From Octopus bimaculoides (taxonomy: Eukaryota), in NCBI RefSeq assembly GCF_001194135.2, contig NC_069001.1:37706021-37770020 (forward strand): DNA of 64,000 bases, read 5' to 3'. Both the position numbers and the translations under genes were made by a program. The notes under the pieces were generated by a model, which had not been told where the DNA came from, searched no databases, and saw nothing but the letters and a program-made list of their open reading frames with translations. Positions 37,275 through 49,761 of this stretch are shown in pieces. Numbering within the stretch: the first letter of the stretch is position 1; the number at the start of each line of letters is the position of its first letter.

Positions 37275-39011
37275 ATGGAAACTGAATGGAACTGTGAAAC
37301 ACGGATTAATAAGATGAACTTTCCTGACGATGTAAGCAAAGAGAAAGGGGAAACATTATTCTACTGTGATGTCTGTAAAAAGTCATTCCCTCACAAATGT
37401 ATTCATAAAGGAGAGAAAGCATACCATTGTGATATTTGTGGTAAATCATTTTCTAGTCGTAGTAACTTAACAAGACACAAAGTCATTCATACAGGAGAGA
37501 AGCCATACCACTGTGAAGTCTGTGGTAAATCATTCTATCAAAATGGTGGATTAACTTCTCACAAACGCATTCATACAGGGGAGAAGCCATATCACTGTGA
37601 TATCTGTGGTAAAATGTTCTCTCAAAATTGTGAATTAACCTCTCACAAATATATTCATACTGGTGCAAAGCCATTCCAATGTGATGTCTGTGATAAATCA
37701 TTTTCTCTAAGGAGTCATTTAACATTTCATAATCGTATTCATACAGGGGAGAAACCATATCACTGCGAAATTTGTGGTAGATCATTCTTTGGAAGTGGTA
37801 ACTTAACTAAACATAAACGTATTCACACAGGAGAGAAACCATATCAGTGTGATATTTGTGGTGAATCATTCTCTCATGGGAATAGTTTAATTGCACACAA
37901 ATACATTCATACCGGAGAGAAGCCACATCACTGTGATATTTGTGGTAAATCTTTCTCTCAAAGTAGCCACTTAAAAACTCACAAATACATTCATACTGGA
38001 GAGAAGCCATATCTCTGTGATATCTGTGGTAAATCTTTTTCAAGAAGTGCTGGATTAACTTCTCATGTACGTATTCATACAGGAGAGAAGCCATATCACT
38101 GTGAGATATGTGGTAAGTCATTCTCTAATGGAAGTGGAGAGTTAACTAAACACAAACGTATTCATACAGGAGAGAGGCCATATCACTGTGATATCTGTGG
38201 CAAATCATTCTCTCAATCAAGTCACTTAACTACTCACAAATATATTCACACAGGAGAGAGGCCTTATCATTGTGATGTCTGTGATAAATCTTTCTCTGGA
38301 AGTAGTTACTTGACTCCACACAAACGTATTCATACAGGAGAGAAGCCATATCACTGTGATATTTGTGGTAAATCATTCTCTCAAAGTTGTGAATTAACTC
38401 TTCACAAATATATTCATACAGGTGAAAAGCCATTCCAGTGTGATATCTGTAATAAATCATTCTCACTAAGGACATCTTTAAAATCACATAATCGTATTCA
38501 TACAGGAGAGAGGCCATATCACTGTGACATCTGTGGTAAATCATTCTGTGGAAGTGGGGACTTAACTAAACATATACGTATTCATACAGGAGAGAGGCCA
38601 TATCACTGTGATATCTGTGATGAATCTTTCACTCATGGGAATAGTTTAATTGCACACAAATACATTCATACTGGGGTGAAGCCATATCATTGTGATATTT
38701 GTGGTAAATCATTCTCTCGAAGTAACCACTTAAAAACTCACAAATATACTCATACAGGAGAGAAGCCATATCGCTGTGATATTTGTGGTAAATCTTTTTC
38801 AGGAAGTGCTGGATTAATTTCTCACAAACGTATTCATACAGGAGAGAAGCCATATCAGTGTGATATCTGTGGCAAATCATTCTCTGATGGAATTGGTGCT
38901 GTAACTAAACACAAACGTATTCATACAGGAGAGAGGCCATATCACTGTGATATCTGTGGTAAATCATTCATCCAAAAATCTCACTTAACTAAACATGTAT
39001 GTATTCAATGA
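37275..39011 (+). CDS. C2H2 zinc-finger protein, 20 finger units (first deleted internally, last lacking its second His)
   Basis: ORF track 37254..39011 opens on GTG; first ATG at 37275 (aacattATGgaa). Confidence 0.93.
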   Translation: METEWNCETRINKMNFPDDVSKEKGETLFYCDVCKKSFPHKCIHKGEKAYHCDICGKSFSSRSNLTRHKVIHTGEKPYHCEVCGKSFYQNGGLTSHKRIHTGEKPYHCDICGKMFSQNCELTSHKYIHTGAKPFQCDVCDKSFSLRSHLTFHNRIHTGEKPYHCEICGRSFFGSGNLTKHKRIHTGEKPYQCDICGESFSHGNSLIAHKYIHTGEKPHHCDICGKSFSQSSHLKTHKYIHTGEKPYLCDICGKSFSRSAGLTSHVRIHTGEKPYHCEICGKSFSNGSGELTKHKRIHTGERPYHCDICGKSFSQSSHLTTHKYIHTGERPYHCDVCDKSFSGSSYLTPHKRIHTGEKPYHCDICGKSFSQSCELTLHKYIHTGEKPFQCDICNKSFSLRTSLKSHNRIHTGERPYHCDICGKSFCGSGDLTKHIRIHTGERPYHCDICDESFTHGNSLIAHKYIHTGVKPYHCDICGKSFSRSNHLKTHKYTHTGEKPYRCDICGKSFSGSAGLISHKRIHTGEKPYQCDICGKSFSDGIGAVTKHKRIHTGERPYHCDICGKSFIQKSHLTKHVCIQ

Positions 39012-40384
39012 TAGTATGAATATGGCAGTCAGAGCTACTTCATTTTATGCTTCATCACACGAATTCACATAAAAAATCTTGCAAACCACATGCAAAGTGA
39101 AATTTATTAGTTAATATTGCTCTATTTGCCACAACTATTAAAATTATATTTAAAACAAGTATCTGAGCTAAACATAAATATATACACACTGGAAAGAAGA
39201 TAACAACTTGGCAACACTATATTTTTGTATAACTACATCTCTGTTTTGGTGAGGTAACTTACTACTGTCATATTATTAATAAAAGTATTTTAAAAAATAT
39301 ACATATGTTCTGTCTCACTTATTTCCAGAAAGGAGAAAATATGCATTTGACATTTTGGGTAAATAATTGAGAAATGTATTTTCATAAATTATGTTAGAAT
39401 TATAGGGTAAAGATGCCTTTTGGTCATGAATCTTCATGAGATTGCACCTAGAAAGTTCCCCTCCGAGGCTCAAGTCCAGCCAAGGTTGTTTATGGAAGAC
39501 CAGCAGTTGCCCATGTATACCAGCTTCTCCCTCTCCACATCATTGATGTCATCCAAGGGAGAGGCAAAGGGGCCGATACAACTTGGCACCTGTGACGTCG
39601 CAACTCATTTCTACAGCTGAGTGAACTGGAGCAACGTGAAATAAAGTGTCTTGCTCAAGAAAGCAACGCGTCCCTGTTTGGTAATTGAACTCATTACCTC
39701 ATGATTGAGAGCCTGATGCTCTAAACACTGAGCCGTATGAGAGTTATGTCAGAAATATGTATTCTCATAAATCACTGTGGTTATGTTAGAATTCAATATA
39801 CAAGGTTAAAAAAGAAACCATCATTATACCAAATATTACGATCACTTTACATCTGGCTTCCATGTTGGCTTGTGCTGGATAGGTTGTCATAATCCAAGAT
39901 ATTTCGTGTTCAGAATTATTCCATTCCTCTGTGGGTGGAGAGCACATCTTGTTCAATTGCTCCCAGTTCTGGTGTGATTCCTATGGTTAAATTCCTTTCT
40001 TAACACCAGCAACAATGAGATTACCTTCTTTCCTACCAAGATTAAAAACTCCTTGCTTTTCTATGCCATTTCCATTCAATTCGAGGCAATGTGACAAAAG
40101 GAGAGTATGATAGGAGAAATAGAGAGAAACAGTAAGAGGGAGTGATGGAGGAGAGAGTATGATGGGAGATATAATGAGAGAGAAATATCTAAATAGGGGT
40201 CAATTTGTTCTATGAAACCCTTCAAAGCAGTGCCCCAGCATGGCCATGGTCTAATGACTGGAGTAAAATAAAGAATATTGTTTGTTTTTTGTTTTATGTT
40301 GTAAATAAGTTCCAAAAAAATTGCTAAAGATAAAAAAAAAAGTTAGTTTTATACTGTTTTGTATCAGTAACGAAAAGAATACCC

Positions 40385-40720
40385 TATTCCTTCACTTATT
40401 TCAGTCATTTGAATGTGGCCATGCTGAAGCACCGCATTTAGTTGAGCAAATCGACCCCAGGGCTTATTACTTGTAAGCCTAGTACTTATTCTATCAATCT
40501 CTTAGGCCAAACCGCTAAGTTACAGGGATGTAAACAAACCAACATCGGTTGTCAAGCGATTGGGGGAGGGACAAACACACACACACACATGTATATATAC
40601 AATGGGCTTCTTTCAGTTTCCGTCTACCAAATTCACTCACAAGGCTTTGGTTGGCCCGTCATGCAGTGGGACTGAACCCGGAACCATCTGATTCGTAAGC
40701 AAGCTACCTACCACACAGCT
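40385..40720 (-). mobile_element. SINE family with ggaaactgaaagaagcc core; relatives near 605..770, 13490..13630, 26110..26240, 50625..50790, 51060..51320
   Basis: Shared tRNA-like head (ggttcagtccca) and core, often ending in (TG)n. Confidence 0.65.
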
Positions 40721-41349
40721 ACTCATTCCTAATACTTTTTTTTTTTTACATTTCTCAGCTATTTATACAAGTGATAAGTTAATGTTAAAAGATAGTTTAT
40801 TATTAACATTTTATTTGCATCTCTCTATTTAGTCGTTATTCTTCACAAATTCAGTCCTTTTTTCATATTCCCGTTTGAATTGTTATCAACCTCGGCAGAA
40901 CAAGGCCAATGGAATGATTCTGTCTGTTATCTGAGCTGTGTTTTCTTGATAGTTTGTACATGTGGGTGGGTCAGTGTGCGTGCCCATATAGATATATATA
41001 TGTATGTGTGTGTGTGTGTGTATGCATGGTCTGGACATAGTTCTGTGGGCTGTCTATTGACAGTCTGCCGGACTTGTAAAACGGTAAATACTGTGAAGGC
41101 AATAAAACGTGTGAAATATATGCGGATGATAGGACAACACAGAGGAGTGGGGGACGGGTTCGACCCCACAAGCCCCGTTCCACCTCTGAACTCTTCAGTC
41201 ACCCTTATGCCTTCACTTATGCAAGAATAAAACGTGTTCGCCACTTTCTTCATTTTTTTAACACATATATTGATTGGGCCAGTGACAAACGGGATTAAGT
41301 GTGGAAGCTTTGTTGTTATTTCTTGCATGCTGTGTGACTACTTTTGTGT

Positions 41350-42110
41350 TTCCGAGCTAACTCTTTTGTAATTAACCATTTACACTAGGAAACATTTTCC
41401 AAAGTGTTTCCTTTTTCAAAACCTTCAAACACCTAAAGTGTCTCTTCTCACAAAACCACGATAATAAGTGTTGTAAAGGAACTTGTTTTCGTCTATTTTA
41501 ATAATAATAATAATAATAATAAAGATAAACCAATATGAGGGAAGTGCATTTTTTAAACATCACTGAAATATGTACCCCCCTCACTTTGGTGCGTCTTAAT
41601 TATACATCGAAGACGGCGATCGATAGATGATTGCAAATTAACCGAGGAAAGAAATAGCTACAACATTCTTTATTATGTCGATGTGAAAAATCTAAATGAA
41701 GGTTTGTTGTAAAATATAGAAGTTGTGTTGAAGCTGTCATTGTCCTGTCTGAGTTGTGACTACTTGAATCGATCGTGACATCTTCGTCATTGGCTCTGTA
41801 TTAATATGTAAGTATTATTAATGGATACAACATCTACATTGTATAAGTTGTGTCTTCTTTCTACTACATTTGTTTGTTTGGTTGTGTTCAAAGATTATGG
41901 AAAGAAAGGTTACTGTTTCCAAAAGAAATTTTCCTAAAGTAACGATAGTGTCTTAATCCTCAAACGGGTCGGCTGTCACATATGTAATAGAAGTGAGTTG
42001 AAAAACTTGCTTTAGCTGACATTACCTATTGTTGTGTGAATACTTTCTCTATTTTCCTTTCCACTCTCTATTTCAATTATCGTTATTCCTCTACATCTTA
42101 ATATCAACAC
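41350..42110 (+). promoter_or_regulatory. Conserved 5' module of the 43480 gene (donor 41808, acceptor 43140-43141)
   Basis: Module with gtaagt at 41808; direct paralogue of 34890..35760. Confidence 0.7.
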
Positions 42111-43479
42111 AACGAAAGTTTACACAAACCCCCCACTTTATGGTCTGAATCTAATCAAAATTTACTCTGGCCTTGTTTCATAAAGTGTAAAAGTAATCAG
42201 CCTCGGTTACTTCGAAGCCTTCTGGGATCTTTCTGACCGAAAATTTTTATTTATTTACCTTTGTTTTAAAGTGAAAGATCTATGTACGTGTATACGAAAT
42301 AGATGTGTGTGTGTGAAAGAGAGAGCGAGAGAGAGTGAAGGGGCGTGTTGTCATGTATACATACATACATCAATACATATGCGTACACCCTTTTTGTGTG
42401 CATGTGTGTGTGTGTTTGAGAGAAAGAGAGTGTGTGTTGTCATGTATGTGTAAGAGGCACACTCTCTCTTTCTCTCCCGCTCTCTCTCTCTCTCACACAC
42501 GTTCATACATCTTTCACTTTCTCTCTTTCACTTTATAACAGAAGTAACAGGTGATTTTCAGGATAAAAATTGTTAAAAAAAAAAAGGCTTCTATTCATGT
42601 AAATTGATTACTATTGTTTGGATAGTTCCAATTAAATAAGAGCAGAAGTTAGTTTAAATATATATACATGCATAAGTACCGTGAATTCCCATTCTACAAA
42701 CTGGCAAACAATTCTGTGAATACTATACTGGGCAACGCTGGGTAGTAAAGTCTAGTATACATATATCATTGTATCAACCAGATTATTGGATGTTGTTATA
42801 CACCGCTAGTCACAATGCGCTTCATCACTTTTGAATGATGCCACCCTGCTGACTAGACAGGCCAGTTTTTCCTCTGAACAGAATGTCAGTCCATTGCAGG
42901 GTTGCCCATTTACAGCTAGGTTGCGCACGTACACACACACACATACGTGTGTGTATGCAGTATGTATATAAAGCTTTTAGTCATGAAAAAGGATGGATGT
43001 ATTAGATGTGTTCCAATGTCCAGGTAGAAGTTTATAACTACAGTTTATCAATATTAGAAGAAATGGAATAAGATGTCCAGTGTTGAATGTCTTTGGTTTA
43101 AGTATCCTCAGCATTTTATATTTTGTTCTCTTTCCTTTCAGAATATCAAATGATATTCAGAATATCAAATGATATATAAATGATATTATTTACCTGAGAT
43201 CCATCAATGTTTATCCATCTTTTAAAGACAAATGGAAGATGTCGTACAGAACAAATGTAACCATTCATTATATAAATCTGTGGTAGAATTACTGTGAAAT
43301 ATTTACTCTGAGCTGATATTATTTGCAAAATAGCCATACATGATTTTGCTTTCTGAATAAATTTGGACAAAAATGGAGTTTGTGGTACATTCAAATCCCA
43401 ACAAAGACCACAGTTGATGGAAGGAAATATCAAACGAAAACAAAATCTCTTGAATGTTTATGGTGCGAGACAAACAATT

Positions 43480-44751
43480 ATGGAAGATGAGTTGTGTGAG
43501 AATAAAGTTAAATGCGAAACTCTGGTTGAAAAGATTGATTTAGTTGACAAGAAAATGGAAGAGAATGGAAAACCTTTATATCACTGTGACATCTGTAACA
43601 AGTCATTCTCTCAAAAAGGTAACCTTCGTATTCACAAACGTACTCATACTGGAGAAAAACCATTTCCCTGTGATATCTGTGGTGGATCCTTTGCTCAGAA
43701 GAATTCCTTAATTTTACACAAACGCATTCATACAGGTGAGAAACCATATCATTGTAATATCTGTGGTAAATCATTCTCTACAAATTGTAACTTAACTAAT
43801 CACACACGTATTCATACAGGAGAAAAACCATATCATTGTGATATCTGTGGCAAATCCTTTTCTCAAAATTGTGAATTAACTTCTCATAGACGCATTCACA
43901 CAGGAGAGAAACCGTATCAGTGTGATATTTGTGGGAAATCATTCTCTGAGACAGGTATATTAACTTCTCACAAGCGTATTCACACTGGAGAGAAACCATA
44001 TTGTTGCGATATCTGTGGTAAATCATTCTCTCAGATAAGTCCCTTAACAAAGCACAAACGTATTCATACAGGAGAGAAACCATATCAGTGTGGTATTTGT
44101 GGTAAATCGTTCTATGGAAGTAGCGAATTAACTGTACACAAACGTATTCATACAGGAGATAAACCATTCCACTGTGATATCTGTGGTAAATCATTCTCTG
44201 GGAGTGGTGTCTTAACTAAACACATACGTATCCACACAGGAGAAAAACCATATCACTGTGATATCTGTGGCAAATCATTCTGTGCAAGTAGTAACTTAAC
44301 AACACACAAACGCATTCATACAGGAGAGAAACCATATTTCTGTGATATCTGTGGTAAATCATTCTCTGTAAGTACTCACTTAATTACACACAGGTACAGT
44401 CATACAGGAGAGAAACCATATTGCTGTGACATTTGTGGTAAATCATTTACAAGAAATAGTGACTTAAACATGCACAAGCACATTCATACAGGAGAGAAGC
44501 CATATTACTGTGATGTGTGTGGTAAATCATTTTTTAAAAGTGGTAATGTAACTAGACACAAACATATTCATACAGCAGAGCAACAGTTTTCTTGTGATAT
44601 CTGTCATAAATCATTCTCTCAAAATAGTGAATTAACTAAGCACATACATATCCATACAGACGAGAAGCCATACCACTGTGATGTCTGTGGCAATTCATTC
44701 TCTCAAGAAACCAATTTAACTTCACATATAAATAGTCATAAAGACCAATAA
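43480..44751 (+). CDS. C2H2 zinc-finger protein, 14 fingers
   Basis: Paralogue-equivalent ATG at 43480 (MEDELCENK); an in-frame upstream ATG exists at 43417. Ends HINSHKDQ*. Confidence 0.92.
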   Translation: MEDELCENKVKCETLVEKIDLVDKKMEENGKPLYHCDICNKSFSQKGNLRIHKRTHTGEKPFPCDICGGSFAQKNSLILHKRIHTGEKPYHCNICGKSFSTNCNLTNHTRIHTGEKPYHCDICGKSFSQNCELTSHRRIHTGEKPYQCDICGKSFSETGILTSHKRIHTGEKPYCCDICGKSFSQISPLTKHKRIHTGEKPYQCGICGKSFYGSSELTVHKRIHTGDKPFHCDICGKSFSGSGVLTKHIRIHTGEKPYHCDICGKSFCASSNLTTHKRIHTGEKPYFCDICGKSFSVSTHLITHRYSHTGEKPYCCDICGKSFTRNSDLNMHKHIHTGEKPYYCDVCGKSFFKSGNVTRHKHIHTAEQQFSCDICHKSFSQNSELTKHIHIHTDEKPYHCDVCGNSFSQETNLTSHINSHKDQ

Positions 44752-46689
44752 CTGAACCAAAATTTAAATTCATTTGATTTAGTTTTTATTGATTAAATGA
44801 ATTTTTCCCTTTTCTTTTTTCGTATAATTAGTCATATAATGAATGTTGATACTTTCCCATAGAGTAAGTTGCTAATTTTATCAACAAACACCAAGTCTCC
44901 TCTACATAGGAAAATATTGATATTTGTAAATTTTAATAATGATAATTCTCCTTAATGGTAAACTTCATAGTTTACTGTTTTTTTTTGTTTTTGTTTTCTC
45001 TTTTTTGATGAATTTTTTTTTTTTTCTTGTTTGCAAATCTAATTATGAAATAACGAATATTCATGCCCTATAGTATTATTTAAATGTTTGAGTATAAACA
45101 ACAAAATGGGAAAAGATTAATTTGATCAACAAAAGTTAAGTGTATGTTGTACTATATCATAACAGTCAGAATTCATTGAATGTAAAAAAATCTTATATGA
45201 TAATAAATGTATTGAGACGTGAAAGTGGGAGTCCCAGGAAGATATGGGATGAAGTACTGAAGAACGACCTCAGGTCACTGCACCTTTCAGGTGAGATGAC
45301 AAAAGACTAAGATGCCTGGTGCCTTGCTGTACTCCAGAAGACTCGTACTCCATACATTAAATGGTGATGCTGACACATCAAAGAAGATATCACAGTGTGA
45401 TAACAACCTGCTGACACTATTTTATATAACCAAAAGGATATCAACACACTGGTAACTTACAGCTATGATGTGTATAAGAAAATTATTCTTTCAGAATATT
45501 CCATGGGAAAAAAGATACAATTGATTTTATTTGACATTGTGGGTAAATAACTAAATAACTGAGAAATCTATTCTCATAAGCTATGTTATAACATCCCTGT
45601 ACAGTTATTAGGTAAAAAATAAATTCAGAAACCATTAAAGAAAATATTTCATTTTTATCATTATGTACATATATCTTGTATGTATTCTGGATCTTCTATA
45701 CATTGTTTCATGTATTTTACATATTTTAAATGTTATTATGGATGTATCCCACCAAGGGACCAATTCTGATGTTGGTTTTCATTTCTACAATTTTATCATT
45801 TCTTTTATTTCTAGTATGATTCCTTCATGACTTGAGGGTTAAACTGAATGTTAATTTGCAAGTATGAATGAAACCTTAAACTTGATATACACGACCTTAA
45901 TCATGTGATTGACCAGGCTATCAGATGTTGTTACACATCGCTGGTCACAATGTGTTTTGCATAGTTTTAGCTTTCGAGTGATGCCACGCCACTGACTAGG
46001 CAAACAGGCCAACATTGCCCCTGATCAGAAGGCTAGTCAGTCAGAGGGGGACCCATGAACAGCTGAGTGGACTGGAACAACTTGAAAATGAAGGGTTTTG
46101 CACAAGAACACAGTGTTGCTCAGTGCAAGAATTGAACCCACGGTTTAGCAACCACGAGTGCAACATCCTAACCACTTAGCCACATGCCTATTAGATGTGT
46201 GTGTAAATATATACATACAGTATACTAACAACAAATGACAACTGTGAATTGTTTCACCGTACTCTAAGCTCAATACCAGCCAACCCTGGTACCCTACATG
46301 TTGATATACTGAGATTCTAATGAACCATGCAATTATATGTGAATATAGATATGTATGAAGATACATATATAAATCAACAAGTGTACAATAAGATCCATGA
46401 TGGTTGGGTCCAAGAAATATAAAGTTCCAATGGTAATTCAGGTGAAGTGGTTCAAGAGAGGTAGCAAAGGTCTATGAAGACAGTAGGAATGGAGATGAGG
46501 ATCCAAGAGAGAAGGAAGTTCAGTCAGGCAAGATGTGTTCCCTCACCTGTCTCTGTCATATATATATACACAGGTAGCGGTGAATAAACTGTTGTCTAAA
46601 TTAGGCAAAAATGAAAATAACACTGACATCTCATTTTAACAGATATATTTACCAAAATTACATTACAATATCTTGAAATACTAAAGAGT

Positions 46690-47300
46690 AAATTTGTTCA
46701 ATAAAATCCCCATTGGCTTCAACCACAGCCTCCAAGTGACTTTGGAATCTCCTGCAACTCTTCTGGACGGTCTTGTTCAAGTTGGTGAATGCTGCCATAA
46801 TCCTTGCCTTCAGTTCATTTTTGGTGTTACAAGGAGTTTTGTTGGTCTCTCACTCAACTGCACCCCACACATAATAAAGGGGGTTGCAGTCTGAGGAGTT
46901 AGATGGCCGGATGTTAGGGGTGATGTGGTCGCAGAAATTGTCTGACAGCCATGACTGGGTCCTCCTGCTTGTGTGGCAGGGTGCAGAGTCCTGTTTCCAG
47001 ACATAGGGTCTCCCAGCAGTCACTCTCCTGACTCAGGGCAGCACTACTTCCTTCAGGTACATGATGTAGGCCTCTATATTGAGTCTGAGGCTGTGTGGGA
47101 AGATGAATGAAGGTATAATATTGCTATCACTAGTGATCACTCCAAACACCATGATGTTGACTGGATGTTTGATTTTTATCTCTCAGTGTGTCTTCAGATT
47201 GACACCCAAACACTCTGAAATGTTCATATTGGAGCTTCCGGTGTAAATGCCAAGCAGTACAGCATGTTGTTTCCAAATTTCTGGTGGAGTGAATTGCGTC
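46690..47300 (-). mobile_element. Tc1/mariner-superfamily transposase relic
   Basis: Minus-strand translation PSNSSDCNPLYYVWGAVE*ETNK...HLEAVVEANGDFIE*, resembling the SPDLNPLDY C-terminal catalytic region; interrupted by a stop. Confidence 0.75.
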
Positions 47301-47444
47301 ATGGTGCTGTTTTTATCACAGACTGTGCCCAACTGACCCTACTATACTGTGTAGTTGACAAAATCAAAAACAATGTGCATGCACGAAATTAAAAATATAA
47401 AATGATGACAATTTACCCATTGCACCTTCTGTGTGTGCGTGTGT

Positions 47445-47715
47445 GAAGGCACATGGCTCAGTGGTTAGAGTGTTAGGCTCACAGTCATGAGGTAGTGAGT
47501 TCAATTCCTGGACCAGGCTGTGTATTGTGTTCTTGATCAAGATACTTTTTCATGTTGCTCCAGTTTACTCAGCTGTAGAAATGAGTTGTGACATCACCCG
47601 TGCCAAGCTGTATCAGCCTTTGCCTTTCCCTTGGATAACATCGGTGGTGTGGAGAGGGGGGGGGGCTGGTATGCATGGGCGACTGCAGGTCTTCCACAAA
47701 CAACCTTGCGCCGCA
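47445..47715 (+). mobile_element. tRNA-headed SINE; relatives at 27060..27345 (+), 39410..39735 (-), 45880..46190 (-)
   Basis: ggcacatggctcagtggttagag...gagttcaattcc head, followed by ttgctccagtttactcagctgtagaaatgagttg core. Confidence 0.75.
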
Positions 47716-48573
47716 TTTAATGTTTGTTTTCCATGATGCTGGAGTGAGTTGGACAGTTTGATAGGAAGTGGCAAACCAGAGAACTGCACAAAGCTCTATT
47801 GTCTGCTTTGGTATAGTTACTGTGGCTGATGCCTTCCTGAAGCCAACCACTTTACAAATTGTACTGAGTGCTTTTTACAAGGCACCTGCACCAACAGGGT
47901 CAACAAGTATCTCGTAGAACAAAGACCCCTTGACTGGGAGGGGGAGTAGTATTGAAGGATAGATATTTTGCTGTTGAGATACATCGCTACACCAGTTGGA
48001 CACAGAGAGAGAGAGAGTTGGTGATGGAGATGCATCGGAACATATCCTCAAAGTACAGTGGTATACATTATGTAGACGGTTAAAATCCCAGCTGTGTCCT
48101 CTTGAAGCAGATCTGCTTATTTCAGCATTGCAATTCAGTGGGTAGTTGTTATATTTATGTGAAGTACAGATCAGAGTTGGAACATTCAGCAAGTATTAGT
48201 TGGAGAGTAATTACATAACAAAAGAAGAAGTTTGAACAATTTTTTGGTATTATTTATTCACCATTATACATGTTTCATTTCCTAATAGGAATCACAAAAG
48301 TGCACGTCAGATAAATGTGTAAGCAATTTCCTATTGAAAATTCTTCAGACGGAATCAAATATAAAATTTACATTTGGATGAAACATTTATGCATGGTAAT
48401 CAAGTGTCATATAAATAGTTGGGAGAGAGAATAAAGAGTAAATCGAGCAGTGAGTGTATATGCATTTACACACATACACTAGATTAAGAGGAAGGCAAAA
48501 CTAATTTGATCAACAAAATTTGACTTAATACAGAGGTTGCACTGTAGTATAACAGTGACTTCAACATTAATAG

Positions 48574-49761
48574 TCATTGTTGTATATGAATACTTACATG
48601 TGTAGCCAAATTACTTCTTTGAGAAAATGACTTACCACAGATATTACAGTGATATGGCTTTTCTCCTGTATGAATACGCTTGTGAATAGTTATGTTACCA
48701 CTATGAGAAAATGATTTCCCACAGATATTACAATAATAAGGTTTCTCACCTGTATGGATGCGTTTATGAGAAGTTAAGTAACTGCTTCCAGAGAATGATT
48801 TGCCACAGATATCACAGTGATATGGTTTTTCACCTTCATGAACGTGCTTGTGAATAATCAGATTACCTTTTTGAGAGAATGATTTACTGCAAATATCACA
48901 GTGATATAGTTTCTCTCCAGTATGAACCCGTATGTGTTTAGTTAAATGACTATTTTGAGAGAATGATTTACCACAGATACTACAGTGATATGGTTTCTGT
49001 CCTGTGTGAATACGTTTATGCATAGTTAATTCACTACTTCCAGAGAATGATTTACCACAGATGTCGCAATGATATGGCTTCTCTCCTGTATGAATAAGTT
49101 TGTGCGTTGTTAAGTGACTCAACTGAATGAATGATTTATCACAGATATCACAGTGATATGGTTTTTCCCTTGTGTGAATACGTTTGTGTTTGTTTACAGC
49201 ACTACTTACAGAGAATGATTTACCACATAAATCACATTGATATGGCTTCTCCCCTGTATGAATGTGTTTGTGTATAGTCAAGTGGCTACTTACAGAAAAT
49301 GATTTACCACAGATATCACAGTGATTTGGTTTCTCTCCTGTATGAATACGTTTGTGAGAATTTACAGCACTACTTACAGAGAATGATTTACCACAAATAT
49401 CACACTGATATGGCTTCTCTCCTGTGTGAACACGTTTGTGAGTAGTTAAGTTACTAATTTGAGAGAATGATTTCCCACAGATATCACAATGATAGGGCTT
49501 CTCATCTGTATGGATACGTTTGTGAGAAGTTAAGGCACTATTCACAGAGAATGATTTACCACAGACATCGCACTGATACGGCTTTTCACCTGTATGAATA
49601 CGTTTATGGGCAGTTAGGCTACTTTTTCCAGAGAATGACTTTTTACAAACATCACACTGATGTATTTTTTCTTTTTTTTTCTTTTTATCATTAGGAAAAT
49701 CAACAATCCTCTTAGACTCCGTTTCACATTCAATATTACTTTCACTCAACTCATTTTCCAT
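48574..49761 (-). CDS. C2H2 zinc-finger protein, 13 fingers
   Basis: ORF track 48574..49782 opens on GTG; first ATG at 49761 (MENELSE). Ends HVSIHIQQ*. Confidence 0.93.
   Translation of the reverse strand: MENELSESNIECETESKRIVDFPNDKKKKKEKIHQCDVCKKSFSGKSSLTAHKRIHTGEKPYQCDVCGKSFSVNSALTSHKRIHTDEKPYHCDICGKSFSQISNLTTHKRVHTGEKPYQCDICGKSFSVSSAVNSHKRIHTGEKPNHCDICGKSFSVSSHLTIHKHIHTGEKPYQCDLCGKSFSVSSAVNKHKRIHTREKPYHCDICDKSFIQLSHLTTHKLIHTGEKPYHCDICGKSFSGSSELTMHKRIHTGQKPYHCSICGKSFSQNSHLTKHIRVHTGEKLYHCDICSKSFSQKGNLIIHKHVHEGEKPYHCDICGKSFSGSSYLTSHKRIHTGEKPYYCNICGKSFSHSGNITIHKRIHTGEKPYHCNICGKSFSQRSNLATHVSIHIQQ

Noticed and set aside
7222-47715. tRNA genes
   Set aside because: The tRNA-like A/B boxes are SINE heads followed by SINE cores; I could not form complete cloverleafs.
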